Shown here piece by piece: positions 17,019 through 25,773 of a stretch of 32,000 nucleotides of DNA; position 1 is the stretch's first letter; each line of letters starts with the position of its first letter. The notes below the pieces were generated by a model. The model ran no database searches. It was not told where the DNA came from and saw only the letters and a program-made list of their open reading frames with translations. The translations under genes and the position numbers were made by a program. Source of the DNA: Propionibacterium ruminifibrarum (GTDB lineage: Bacteria; Actinomycetota; Actinomycetes; Propionibacteriales; Propionibacteriaceae); the NCBI RefSeq assembly GCF_900289195.1, contig NZ_OMOH01000005.1:150001-182000 (forward strand), in the 5' to 3' direction.

Positions 17019-17555
17019 GTGCGTCAGCTCGAACCTCTGAACGATGAAGATCTGAGGATCATTGCCGGGCAGCTGGGCCGGGCTCCCCGTGGGCTCGTCG
17101 GTGTGGCGTGGCGCAGCCCGTGCGGTTGCCCCGGAGTCATCGCGACCGAGCCCCGGTTGCCCAGCGGTTCGCCCTTCCCCACGTTCTACTACCTCACCGA
17201 GCCCCGCGCCGTCACCGAGTGCTCACGCCTGGAGTCCAGTGGCCTCATGGCCGAGATGACGGCTCGTCTCGAGCGCGACACGGAGCTGGCGGCGGCCTAC
17301 CGGCGCGCCCACGAGGCCTACCTCGCCGATCGCGCCGCGCACGGCGAGGTCCCCGAGATCAGGAACGTCAGCGCCGGCGGGATGCCCGGGCGCGTCAAGT
17401 GCCTGCACGCCCTCGTCGGTCATGCGCTGGCCGCCGGGCGGGGCGTCAACCCGATCGGGGACGAGGCGCTCGACCTCATGGGGCCGTTCTGGGACAAGCC
17501 CTGTCCCTACCATGACGCGCCGCTGGGCGCGGGCCGGAAGGACGTCCTGTCATGA
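17019..17555 (+). CDS. DUF501 domain protein (Rv1025-like)
   Basis: GTG start. Contains CPCGxP.V..T.PRL..G.PFPT.YYLT and a VKCLHA motif. The 4-nt ATGA overlap with ppx indicates translational coupling. Confidence 0.85.
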   Translation: MRQLEPLNDEDLRIIAGQLGRAPRGLVGVAWRSPCGCPGVIATEPRLPSGSPFPTFYYLTEPRAVTECSRLESSGLMAEMTARLERDTELAAAYRRAHEAYLADRAAHGEVPEIRNVSAGGMPGRVKCLHALVGHALAAGRGVNPIGDEALDLMGPFWDKPCPYHDAPLGAGRKDVLS

Positions 17556-18514
17556 GAGTTGCGGCCATCGACTGTGGAACCAACACCCTGCGCCTGTTCG
17601 TGGCCGCCCTCGACTCCGACGGCTCCCTCAGGGAGCTCGACCGTCGCCTGACCTTCGTCGGGCTGGGGGAGGGGGTGGACGCCACCGGGCGTTTCACCCC
17701 CGATGCCCTGCAACGGGCCTTCAGGGCCTGCGAGCAGTACGCCGAGATCATCGCCGACCTGGACTGTGCCAGGGCGCGTTTCGTCGCCACCTCGGCCACC
17801 CGGGACGCCGCCAACCGTGAGGTGCTCTTCGAGGGCGTGCGTGAGCGCATGGCCATCGAACCCGAGGTGATCAGCGGCGTCGAGGAGTCCCGGCTGAGTT
17901 TCGCCGGTGCCGTCAGCGGTATCCGGTGCCCGAGGAACCCGGTGCTGGTCATGGACAGCGGCGGCGGCTCCACCGAGCTCGTGCGGGGTACGGCGGGCTG
18001 CTGTACGAACGGCGCCACCGCTGTGACGAAGGGCGTCAGCCTCGACATCGGGTCACGGCGGCTCCGCGAGCGCATGCTGCATGGCGACCCGCCCACGCCG
18101 GCCGAGATCGCCGGGGCCCGCGAATTCGTCCGGCACGAGCTGGACGACGCCGGCCTCGACCTGACCGGCATCGGCTCGTTCATCGGTGTCGCCGGCACGG
18201 TGACCTCGATGACGGCGCTCGCCCTCAGGCTGCACCGCTACGATCGGGCCAGGGTGCACGGGGCCGCCATGAGCGCCGAGGCCGTGCACGCGGTCACCGA
18301 CCGGCTGCTGACCAGTACGATCGCGGAGATCACCTGCTGGGGCCCCGTTCAGCCGCAGCGCGCCGAGGTGCTCTGCGCCGGCGCCCTCATCGTCGACGAG
18401 ATCGTCCGGCGCGTCGGAGCGGCCGAACTCATCGCCTCCGAGGCGGACATCCTCGACGGCGTGGCCCTGGGGCTGCTCACCGGCGGCCCAGGCCGGGAGC
18501 CGGCTGGGCGCTGA
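17552..18514 (+). CDS. ppx: Ppx/GppA family exopolyphosphatase
   Basis: MRVAAIDCGTNTLRL (phosphate-1 motif of the ASKHA fold), GGGSTEL and FIGVAGT. The 320 aa length and synteny match Rv1026. Confidence 0.9.
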   Translation: MRVAAIDCGTNTLRLFVAALDSDGSLRELDRRLTFVGLGEGVDATGRFTPDALQRAFRACEQYAEIIADLDCARARFVATSATRDAANREVLFEGVRERMAIEPEVISGVEESRLSFAGAVSGIRCPRNPVLVMDSGGGSTELVRGTAGCCTNGATAVTKGVSLDIGSRRLRERMLHGDPPTPAEIAGAREFVRHELDDAGLDLTGIGSFIGVAGTVTSMTALALRLHRYDRARVHGAAMSAEAVHAVTDRLLTSTIAEITCWGPVQPQRAEVLCAGALIVDEIVRRVGAAELIASEADILDGVALGLLTGGPGREPAGR

Positions 18515-18571
18515 GCCCGCTCAGACCGGACAGTGGGCTGCCGCCCGTCGTGGCCGATAGTCTTGGACGCG

Positions 18572-18644
18572 GCCCCCGTAGCCCAATGGCAGAGGCAGGC
18601 GGCTTAAACCCGCTCAAGTGCGAGTTCGACTCTCGCCGGGGGCA
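18572..18644 (+). tRNA. tRNA, anticodon UAA (nominally Leu/UUA) but with class I architecture (5-nt variable loop)
   Basis: 73-nt cloverleaf. Acceptor GCCCCCG/CGGGGGC. D arm GCC(C)-AAUGGCAG-(A)GGC. Anticodon stem GGCGG/CCGCU with loop CUUAAAC (anticodon at 18605-18607). Variable loop CAAGU. T arm GCGAG-UUCGACU-CUCGC. Discriminator A. CCA is not encoded. Confidence 0.85.
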
Positions 18645-18662
18645 CATCGGACGGCGCCGGTC

Positions 18663-19049
18663 TCAGACCGTGATCTCGACCCGGTTCCCGTCGGGGTCGA
18701 GCACGACACTCTCGTAGTAGCCGTCACCCGTCGTCCGCGGGCCATCGGCGATGACGAAGCCGGCGGCGGCGAGCCGAGCGGTGAGTTCATCAACCGCTCG
18801 CTCCGAGCCCACCGAGAAAGCCACATGACTCCAGCCCAGCGCGTCGGGGCCCGGCTGCGGGCCCGTGCCAGGTCGGGTCATGAGCTCCAGCCGCGCACCC
18901 CCTGGGAAGGTGAGGAAGTAGGTCCGCAGCCCTGTCCTCGGGTTGTGGTAGAGCCGACCGGCCTCGGCCTCGAAGTACTCCTCGTAGAAGGCACGGGAGC
19001 GGTCCAGATCGGTCACGAGGACGGCGACGTGGTTGACCGACACGGACAT
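18663..19049 (-). CDS. VOC family protein (glyoxalase/bleomycin-resistance/dioxygenase fold)
   Basis: The likely start is the ATG at 19049, preceded by AGGAGG. MSVSVNHVAVLVTDLDRSRAFYEEYF...WSHVAFSV...YYESVVLDPDGNRVEI. The longer 164-aa track ORF adds an Arg/Ser-rich N-terminus that does not look like protein. Confidence 0.85.
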   Translation of the reverse strand: MSVSVNHVAVLVTDLDRSRAFYEEYFEAEAGRLYHNPRTGLRTYFLTFPGGARLELMTRPGTGPQPGPDALGWSHVAFSVGSERAVDELTARLAAAGFVIADGPRTTGDGYYESVVLDPDGNRVEITV

Positions 19050-19284
19050 GGTGGCCTCCTGATGTGACGTGCTGCTGGTGCGACAGCACCACGATACGTT
19101 CCCGTCGGGTGCTCGTGCGCGGAGGCAACTGTGCCCGGAGCCGGATCCCCGGCGCATCGGATCTCATCCGCGCGTCGTACGGCCCTTCCGGGGGCGCTGC
19201 GGGTGAACGATCCTTCGGCTGCGCAACGCGTTCCGGTAGCCTGGATCAAAGGCCGGATGAGGCCCTTCGATCGATAGGAGCACC

Positions 19285-20124
19285 GTGCGAAGCACGAATC
19301 CCGTTCTCAGCAGGAGTGACGCCTTCACTCCTGGATATCAGCAGGCCAGCTACCAGAACCTCGGCTACCAGCAGCAGTACGCCCAGCCCGGTTACGGTCA
19401 GCCGCTGCAGGGTCAGCAGGCCTACGGCTACGCGCCGCAGGCGCGGCCCGGCGACGTCATGACGATCAATGACGTGCTCGCCAAGACCGGCACGCTGTTC
19501 GTCGTCCTGCTCGCCGCGGCCGCCGTCACATGGTTCTTCCTGCCCGTCACGATGCTCTACCCGGTGGCCATCGTCTCGTCACTGGTCGCGCTCGTGACCG
19601 CCTTCATCATCACGCCCCGCCACGTGGTCTCGGTTCCCGGCATCATGGTCTACACCGTCGCCGAGGGCTTCATGCTCGGTGCTTGGAGCCGCGTCTTCGA
19701 GTACCTGTACCCGGGCATCGTCTCCCAGGCCGTGCTCGGCACACTTGCTGCCTCAGCCGTCGTCTTCGCCGCGTACCGCTACCTCAACGTGCGCGTCAGC
19801 GGTCGGCTGCGCCGCATCGTCGCCCTGTCGGTCATCGCCTACGCGGTCGTGGCGCTCATCAACTTCGTCGTCGTCATCGCCGGCGGCAGCCTCGGCCTGA
19901 CCAACATCGGGGCCAGCGCGGGACCCCTGAGCTGGCTCTTCGCCGGGGTCGGCGTCGTCCTGGCCGTCTTCTGCCTGCTCACCGACCTTGAGGAGTGCGA
20001 GCGCGGCGTGCGCATGGGCGCCCCGGCGAAGGAGTCCTGGCGCGCCGGTTTCGGCCTGATGGTCACCCTGGTGTGGCTCTACACGAACATTCTGCGCATC
20101 CTCAGCTTCGTCCGCGGCAACTGA
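19285..20124 (+). CDS. Bax inhibitor-1/YccA family membrane protein
   Basis: GTG start 4 nt after AGGAG. A Q/Y/G-rich N-terminus (PGYQQASYQNLGYQQQYAQPGYGQP) is followed by ~7 TM segments. The C-terminal WLYTNILRIL motif is typical of the family. Confidence 0.85.
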   Translation: MRSTNPVLSRSDAFTPGYQQASYQNLGYQQQYAQPGYGQPLQGQQAYGYAPQARPGDVMTINDVLAKTGTLFVVLLAAAAVTWFFLPVTMLYPVAIVSSLVALVTAFIITPRHVVSVPGIMVYTVAEGFMLGAWSRVFEYLYPGIVSQAVLGTLAASAVVFAAYRYLNVRVSGRLRRIVALSVIAYAVVALINFVVVIAGGSLGLTNIGASAGPLSWLFAGVGVVLAVFCLLTDLEECERGVRMGAPAKESWRAGFGLMVTLVWLYTNILRILSFVRGN

Positions 20125-20150
20125 GCCCGAGGCGGACAGCACGGATCAGG

Positions 20151-20186
20151 CGAGGGGCCTCGCACCCAGGGGTGCGGGGCCCCTCG
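20151..20186. terminator. Bidirectional hairpin between convergent genes
   Basis: CGAGGGGCC (20151-20159) pairs with GGCCCCTCG (20178-20186). An inner GCACCC/GGGTGC pairing is also possible. The hairpin lies between the stops at 20124 (+) and 20198 (-). Confidence 0.5.
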
Positions 20187-20197
20187 TCATGCCGGCC

Positions 20198-20914
20198 TCA
20201 CCGGCGGTCATCACTCAGGTGATTGCCGGGAATCGTGCCCAGGTGCTTGTCGAGAGCCGACCGCGCGCCGGACGTCCATGGCAGTGAGCGCCAGTGGTGA
20301 TCCGGGATCCAACGCGCCGACTCGGTGGTGCCGCCGACGTCGAGCACCCGGGGAACCGTCGGATCCGAGCAGATGGCCGTGTAGATGATGCGCAGCGCCT
20401 GGAAGTCCTCGAGCACCCCGGCGGGGGAGGTCCCGATCCAGTGGTCCGACTGGAGGTCGACCACGCGCAGGATCCTCACGTGCTGGCCGGTCTCCTCGAG
20501 GACCTCGCGGATGACGGCCTGGCTGGGTGTCTCGCCCGGCTCGACGCCACCGCCCGGCAGCTGCCAGCGCCCGGGAACAGCGGTGCGCCGGCTGCAGATC
20601 GTGCCGAGCACGCCCATGGCCGACCTGACGATCGCGTAGGCGGCCACCCGTTGGTGAGGCACGGGCTCGACGTCGGCCCTGACCGGTTCGGCGTGGACGC
20701 GGTGCGCGTGCCGACGGGGCATGCGACTGCCCGCGTAGCGCTGGGCCACCCGGGCCGTCATGACGATCCCGTCGTCGCTGCCCGAGGCCGACATCCAGTC
20801 ACTGATCGTCCAGCCCTTGCTCCACAGGAGCAGGCGGGGATCCTGTCCGTGCCCGACTGTCACATCGACGACAGGTCCCTCGACCAGATGATGAACCCCA
20901 ACGATGCGCACCAC
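20198..20914 (-). CDS. NUDIX hydrolase (start codon uncertain; ~85-aa N-terminal extension if the GTG at 20914 is used)
   Basis: Nudix box [23 protein letters not shown]. Internal Met codons (MSASG.., MTARV..) are alternative starts. Confidence 0.8.
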   Translation of the reverse strand: MVRIVGVHHLVEGPVVDVTVGHGQDPRLLLWSKGWTISDWMSASGSDDGIVMTARVAQRYAGSRMPRRHAHRVHAEPVRADVEPVPHQRVAAYAIVRSAMGVLGTICSRRTAVPGRWQLPGGGVEPGETPSQAVIREVLEETGQHVRILRVVDLQSDHWIGTSPAGVLEDFQALRIIYTAICSDPTVPRVLDVGGTTESARWIPDHHWRSLPWTSGARSALDKHLGTIPGNHLSDDRR

Positions 20915-20982
20915 TCAATTCTTCCACGTCGTAGCCGCGGCGGGGATGCGCGCCGTCGGCGGCCGGCTGTTCGCCGGCAGGG

Positions 20983-21954
20983 TCATTTCTTCAGGGTCGT
21001 GCCATTCATGTCCGTCACGACCTCGGTGCTGCCGGTCTGGAAACTCATGCGCGGATCGGTGTCGCCGGTGTCGACGCCGATCCGCACCGTCACGTCGGAG
21101 GCGGAGGCGTTTCCGGCCCGGTTGGCGGTTTGCGCGATGAGCCGGGCGATGACCTCGGGATTGATGGTGGCGGGATCGAACGAGGGGTCCTTGTCGCTGT
21201 TCTTGATCGTCGAGACGATCGTCGGCAGGCTCGCGCGACGTGTCCGCTCCTCGACGGTCGACTCGCTGGTGCGTACCCGGACGGTCAGGGCGTCCCGCTC
21301 GATCGTCACCGAGAGGATCTGGGGCGAGTCCTGGACGGTGTCGGCCAGCGCCTCGGCGATGTCAGCGGCCCGGGTCAGGTTGAGCTTGTTGATGACCGAA
21401 CCGTCGGAGCGGAAGAAGACCGTGCTCGATTCGGGGGTCGTCGTGACCGTCATGAGCACATTGCCGTGGTCGTACTCGTTGATCTGCAGGTCCTGGTCCT
21501 GGTCGGAGCCGGAGATCCTGGCCGCCGTCTCGAACAGGGCCGCCACGTCGTCGAAGGCGAAGTCGTCGGGGTCGAACTGGGCCTGGTCGATGTACTCGAT
21601 GGTGGCGTCCAGGTGCGCGATCGAGCCGTTGGCGTAGCCGATCGTCTCGGCCTCCTCGTCCTCGCTCAGATAGGTGAGGTTCGCCGATTCCGCGGTGATC
21701 TCGATGCGCAGCACCGGTCGGTCGCCGCTGGCGCTGCGCAGGAAGTCGATGACCTGTCTCGCCCTGCCGGGCTGGGCCAGGTCATACGCGGGCGTTGGGC
21801 TGGCGCCGGAACTGGACGCGGAGGCGCTCCTCGACGGCGAGGGGGAGACGCTGGGATCGGTCGTGTCCGAGCCCCGTGCACAGCCGGCGAGGACGAGGGC
21901 CCCGGCGATGAGGGCGCACAGGGCCGCGCGGGCGCGGGCGGTACCGATGTGCAT
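20983..21954 (-). CDS. Lipoprotein, unknown function
   Basis: MHIGTARARAALCALIAGALVLAGC (lipobox LAGC), followed by a Ser/Pro-rich linker and an acidic globular part. Confidence 0.85.
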   Translation of the reverse strand: MHIGTARARAALCALIAGALVLAGCARGSDTTDPSVSPSPSRSASASSSGASPTPAYDLAQPGRARQVIDFLRSASGDRPVLRIEITAESANLTYLSEDEEAETIGYANGSIAHLDATIEYIDQAQFDPDDFAFDDVAALFETAARISGSDQDQDLQINEYDHGNVLMTVTTTPESSTVFFRSDGSVINKLNLTRAADIAEALADTVQDSPQILSVTIERDALTVRVRTSESTVEERTRRASLPTIVSTIKNSDKDPSFDPATINPEVIARLIAQTANRAGNASASDVTVRIGVDTGDTDPRMSFQTGSTEVVTDMNGTTLKK

Positions 21955-22087
21955 GAGCCCACGCTACGTCCGGTGGGCCAACGGGAGTGGGCCGGCACGC
22001 GGTGAGGCGAGGCGGACCGGCACGAACGAGGCGCCTGGACGCCGGCTGCGGCTGCCACGAGGGGCACCCCTGGTGCACACTGGGGCC

Positions 22088-22675
22088 GTGATCGATCTGA
22101 GCGGACGTGCCGACGAGATCGCCCCCGGACTGCTCGGGGCGGTCATCCGGCGTGGTGAGGTCGCGGTGCGACTGACCGAGGTCGAGGCCTATCTGGGCAC
22201 CGACGACCCTGCCTCGCACGCCTACCGCGGGGAGCGGGGAAGGGCCGCTGTCATGTTCGGCGCCCCCGGCACCGTCTACGTCTACGTCAGCTACGGCATC
22301 CACCGCGCCGGCAACATCGTCTGCTCACCCGCCGGGCAGGCCTCGGCCGTCCTCATGCGCGCCGGAGAGGTCGTCGCCGGCGCGGACCGCGCCAGGGAGC
22401 GCAGACGGCTGGCCCCGGACAGGCCCGACACGCAGCTGGCCAGGGGGCCCGGCAACCTGGGCAGGGCGCTCGGCCTCGACCTGGCCGACAACGGCCTGCC
22501 GTTGGGAGGCCGTGACGATCTGTTCGAACTCATCGAGCCCGGGCCCGGCCGCGGTCGGGTCCTCGTGGGGCCGCGCATCGGCATCACGCGGGCGGCCGAT
22601 GCGCCACTGCGGTTCTGGCTCGCCGATGAACCCACCGTGTCGGCCCGTCGGCGCGGCACGCCATGGCGCCCATGA
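22088..22675 (+). CDS. mpg: DNA-3-methyladenine glycosylase (Mpg/AAG family)
   Basis: APGLLGAVIRRGEVAVRLTEVEAYLGTDDPASHAYRGERGRAAVMFGAPGTVYVYVSYGIHRAGNIV...ARGPGNLGRALGL...VGPRIGI. The start is taken as GTG 22088, with GTG 22073 as the alternative. The track ORF start at 21674 would overlap the divergent lipoprotein gene. Confidence 0.88.
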   Translation: MIDLSGRADEIAPGLLGAVIRRGEVAVRLTEVEAYLGTDDPASHAYRGERGRAAVMFGAPGTVYVYVSYGIHRAGNIVCSPAGQASAVLMRAGEVVAGADRARERRRLAPDRPDTQLARGPGNLGRALGLDLADNGLPLGGRDDLFELIEPGPGRGRVLVGPRIGITRAADAPLRFWLADEPTVSARRRGTPWRP

Positions 22676-22842
22676 CCTCGCGGACGGCGGCGGCATGGTC
22701 CGCGACGCAGAACAGGCCCCCACCTGTTCCCACCGGGGTGCCCAGCAGACTAGGGTTTGGGTACGTCGAGTCGCAGCGCTGCGGACGATCCGAGTGCCGG
22801 CCCGACCCACATGAAGAAACCGTCGGATGAATCGAGGTTCCC

Positions 22843-23256
22843 ATGTCGGAACAGTCAAGGAATGAGACGCCCGAACCCTCGCCCGAAGGCGTCGTCGTGA
22901 CGCGGACCATCGCCCAGCCGCTGAAGAAGGTATGGGGGGTGCTCATGACGAAGAAGGGCTCCGAGGCGCTGCTGGGCCGAGGCGCCATGCTCGGCGAGAA
23001 GGGCCAGGCCTGGAAGGCCGCGGACGGCCGCTCGGGCGTGATCAGAAGCTTCCACCCGCTCGAACAGGTCAGGTTCTGGTGGCGCAAGGACGACGACGCC
23101 CCCGCCTCACTGGTCGACCTGAAGGTGACGGCCCCCGATGACGACCACACCGAACTCACCGTGACCCACACAAGACTCGCCGAGGGCGTCGACCCGGCCT
23201 ATCTTCAGGGCCGCTGGGAGGTCGCGCTCGAACGCATCGAGAGCGACTGCTTCTGA
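22843..23256 (+). CDS. SRPBCC/AHSA1-like family protein
   Basis: 137 aa. VVVTRTIAQPLKKVWGVLMTKKG...LVDLKVTAPDDDHTELTVTHTRL fits the Activator-of-Hsp90-ATPase/START-like pattern. Confidence 0.7.
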   Translation: MSEQSRNETPEPSPEGVVVTRTIAQPLKKVWGVLMTKKGSEALLGRGAMLGEKGQAWKAADGRSGVIRSFHPLEQVRFWWRKDDDAPASLVDLKVTAPDDDHTELTVTHTRLAEGVDPAYLQGRWEVALERIESDCF

Positions 23257-23286
23257 ACCGAGGAATCTCACACGATCACCCCGTGG

Positions 23287-23328
23287 CGGCGCGCCCCTCC
23301 GGAACCGACAGGCCGGAGGGGCGCGCCG
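23287..23328 (+). terminator. Very strong GC hairpin downstream of the SRPBCC gene
   Basis: CGGCGCGCCCCTCCGG (23287-23302) pairs perfectly with CCGGAGGGGCGCGCCG (23313-23328), a 16-bp stem with a 10-nt loop. There is no U tract. Confidence 0.55.
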
Positions 23329-23425
23329 CATCCGGCTCCCCGGCGGCCGGCCGTAGCTGCCATGAGAACCGGCGGGGTGGCAACCATGGCGCGCCCGCGG
23401 GGGAGGGGTCCCTAAACTCGTCCGG

Positions 23426-25177
23426 GTGGGAACGGCACGACGATCAGCGGGCAGGCTCGGGCGCAGCCTCATCGTGCTGAGGCCCGAGCCCGGGCGGAGC
23501 ATCCGCGCGGTCCGCTGGTGCGCGGCCGTCGCCACCGGCCTCATCGCATCCTGCCTCGTCTTCGGGCCCTCGCTGGGGGCGATGGGTCTCATCGGCGCAC
23601 AGGCCGCGCACACCGGCCGCGAGGCGCCGATGCGCAACCGCATCACGGCGCTGCTCAGCGTCGGCCTCGCGACTCTGGCGATGGAGTGCATCGGTGCACT
23701 CGTCAGCCCGTACAGATGGCTGATGCCGCCCCTGTTCTGCCTGCTCACCCTCGTCGTCGTGTGGACCTGGCATGCCCTGCTCGTCGGTCCGCCGGGCCCC
23801 ATCAACACGCTCTTCGCGGCGGCCTTCTCGGCCTACATGACGGCCAACGGCTACGCCCTGACCACGCTGCTCCGGGTCACCGGTTTCTCGTGGCTCACCG
23901 CCTCACTGGCCTCGGTGCTCATCCTGACCACCGACCTGCTGGCTCCCGAACGCGAAGCCGTGGACGAGGCCGACGAGGCGGTCAGCGCCTACCGCGATCG
24001 TCCGGACGACTGTGCGGCTCGGCACGCGAACCGGATGCGTTCGAGAGCCGTCTTCGCGGTGAACAACGCCTGGCACGTCCTGCGCACCGGCCGCCGCCGC
24101 ATGACGGGCCGTACCGCGGCCCGCCGCGACGTCGAGGAACGGCTCATGGGCATTCACCTGAACCTCATCGACGTCCTGCGCTCCGAATCATTCCCCACCT
24201 CCAGCCTCGACATCGGCGAGAACTTCCGCCGCGTCCCGCTGGGCCGTCCACCGGTGCGGTACCTGCTGGCCACCGCGCTGGACCGCGGCTCCAGGCCCTG
24301 GCTGGTCGCCGGCCGGGCCGCGCTGGCCGTCTTTCTCGGGTCGACGATGATGATCGCCTCGCCGGTGGGTCACGCGTACTGGGCGATCCTGTCGAGCCTC
24401 ATCGTCCTGCACATGGGTGCCTCCCGCGCCGACCTGACGATCCGAGCCGCCCACCGCGTCATCGGCACCGGCGCCGGAGTGTTCTGCTACTTCGGCATCA
24501 TCGCCCTGCAGCCGGCCCCGTGGGTCCGCGTCGGCATCATCGTCGTCATGATCTACGCGCTGGAGGTCATCGTCACCCGCAACTACGCGCTGGCCGTGGT
24601 GTTCATCACGGTCTTCTCGCTCATGATGACGCCGGTCGCCTCCCGCGCCGACATCACCGCGCTCATGCGGGATCGTTTCGTCGAGACCCTCATCGGGGTC
24701 ACGGCGGCCACCCTGATGATCTGGCTCGTCGGACGCAGCGCCCCCGTGCTGCTCGTGCGGAGCCAGTACCGCCGCACGCTGCGGCGCATCGAGCAGGTGC
24801 TGGCCGATCTCGCCGACGGCAGGCTCCTCACCCGCGCATCACGCGAGGACCGCCGCACCATGGTCTTCGAACTCGGCCGCGCCTCCCAGGTCCTCTCATC
24901 GCAGCGGCCGGACGATCCGGAGGCGCTCGCGCGGTGGCAGAGCGTGCAGGAGGAGGTCAACCTCTTCGGGTTCGACGTGATGGCCTCGTGCTGGCGGCGG
25001 CTGCCCGGCGGCGACCCGGCGGCGGCGCAGGCGCGCCGTGAGCTGTCCAGGCTGCTCGACTCGCTGCCGCGGATCTCCCCCAGGACCATCGAGACGCAGG
25101 CCTTCACCACCCAGGTGCGAACGATCCACCGGCACTACATGAGCGAGAACTCCAAGAGGACCAGGGCAGGCGGCTGA
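23426..25177 (+). CDS. FUSC family (fusaric-acid-resistance/aromatic acid exporter-like) integral membrane protein
   Basis: Two hydrophobic multi-TM blocks (aa ~30-170 and ~290-420) are separated and followed by Arg-rich helical cytoplasmic regions. AYWAILSSLIVL...ADLTIRAAHRVIGTGAGV is typical of FUSC proteins. The start (GTG 23426) is uncertain. Confidence 0.75.
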   Translation: MGTARRSAGRLGRSLIVLRPEPGRSIRAVRWCAAVATGLIASCLVFGPSLGAMGLIGAQAAHTGREAPMRNRITALLSVGLATLAMECIGALVSPYRWLMPPLFCLLTLVVVWTWHALLVGPPGPINTLFAAAFSAYMTANGYALTTLLRVTGFSWLTASLASVLILTTDLLAPEREAVDEADEAVSAYRDRPDDCAARHANRMRSRAVFAVNNAWHVLRTGRRRMTGRTAARRDVEERLMGIHLNLIDVLRSESFPTSSLDIGENFRRVPLGRPPVRYLLATALDRGSRPWLVAGRAALAVFLGSTMMIASPVGHAYWAILSSLIVLHMGASRADLTIRAAHRVIGTGAGVFCYFGIIALQPAPWVRVGIIVVMIYALEVIVTRNYALAVVFITVFSLMMTPVASRADITALMRDRFVETLIGVTAATLMIWLVGRSAPVLLVRSQYRRTLRRIEQVLADLADGRLLTRASREDRRTMVFELGRASQVLSSQRPDDPEALARWQSVQEEVNLFGFDVMASCWRRLPGGDPAAAQARRELSRLLDSLPRISPRTIETQAFTTQVRTIHRHYMSENSKRTRAGG

Positions 25178-25773
25178 CGGACCGGCCCCTGCCGCGAGCC
25201 CGGACGCAGGCCCCGGGCACCGGTGCCTCTGCCCCATCGGGCACCGCGTTCACCGGGCCCGACGCGGACGGCCGACGGCCACCGGCAGACACGGCGGACC
25301 TCGCGGCGGGAGACGACCGGAGCCGGAAGCGGCCGGTGATCGGACGGCTTCTTGCCCGCCCCCCATCCGTGACCTATGGTGGTGCGTCATGGCGGCCCGT
25401 CGGGACCGCCCGCCGCTCATGGCGGCGTTGTAGGGTCGGGCTGTTCCCAGCCCCTGAGGAGTACGCACATGGCTCAGCGCACCATCTGCCGGCCGGCGGC
25501 CCGCCGAATCCAGGCGCCCGCGGTCGACTGTTGCGTCCGCGCAGCCCAGTGTCTGTGAGCCCTTCCCGCATCCCCTGACACGTACCGGGGGAGTGGCCGG
25601 TCCGGCCGGCCCGTTCCCGTGAGCCCTCAGGACAGCAGGCGCTCACCCGGTTTCTCCAGACACACCATCACCAGGAACCCATGGGGCCGGTGCGCCCTCA
25701 ACCGCGCCCGCCCGACATGGGCCCCTGCCAGACCCCAGGAAAACAGCCAAGACGAGGACAAGAGAAGAAGCAG

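Noticed and set aside
20294-21637. 447-aa ORF on the plus strand
   Set aside because: It overlaps the minus-strand NUDIX gene (clear Nudix box) and the lipoprotein gene (clear lipobox). Its own translation has no motifs and is Arg/Asp/Val-rich.
21674-22087. N-terminal 138 codons of the track ORF containing mpg
   Set aside because: This part overlaps the divergent lipoprotein gene and its promoter region. Glycosylase homology begins near GTG 22088 (or 22073).
23518-25041. 507-aa alternate-frame ORF within the FUSC gene
   Set aside because: Its extreme Arg/Pro/His/Gly composition is incompatible with a real protein. The 23426 frame gives coherent TM helices.
25178-25773. Possible TPP, guanidine-I/II/III (ykkC, mini-ykkC, ykkC-III) or SAM riboswitch upstream of the NitT/TauT operon
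   Set aside because: I looked for the conserved cores: CUGAGA...ACCUGAUCUGGAUAAUGCCAGCG for TPP; CUAGGGUUCCG...GGUCCGAGAG...ACGGCGGGA for ykkC; paired ACGR-loop hairpins; and CCGGACGAGGUGCGC...CAGGACAA. Only short chance similarities were found (UAGGGU, CCGGACGCAGG, CGG-ACGG-CCG). An Infernal scan is needed to be sure.
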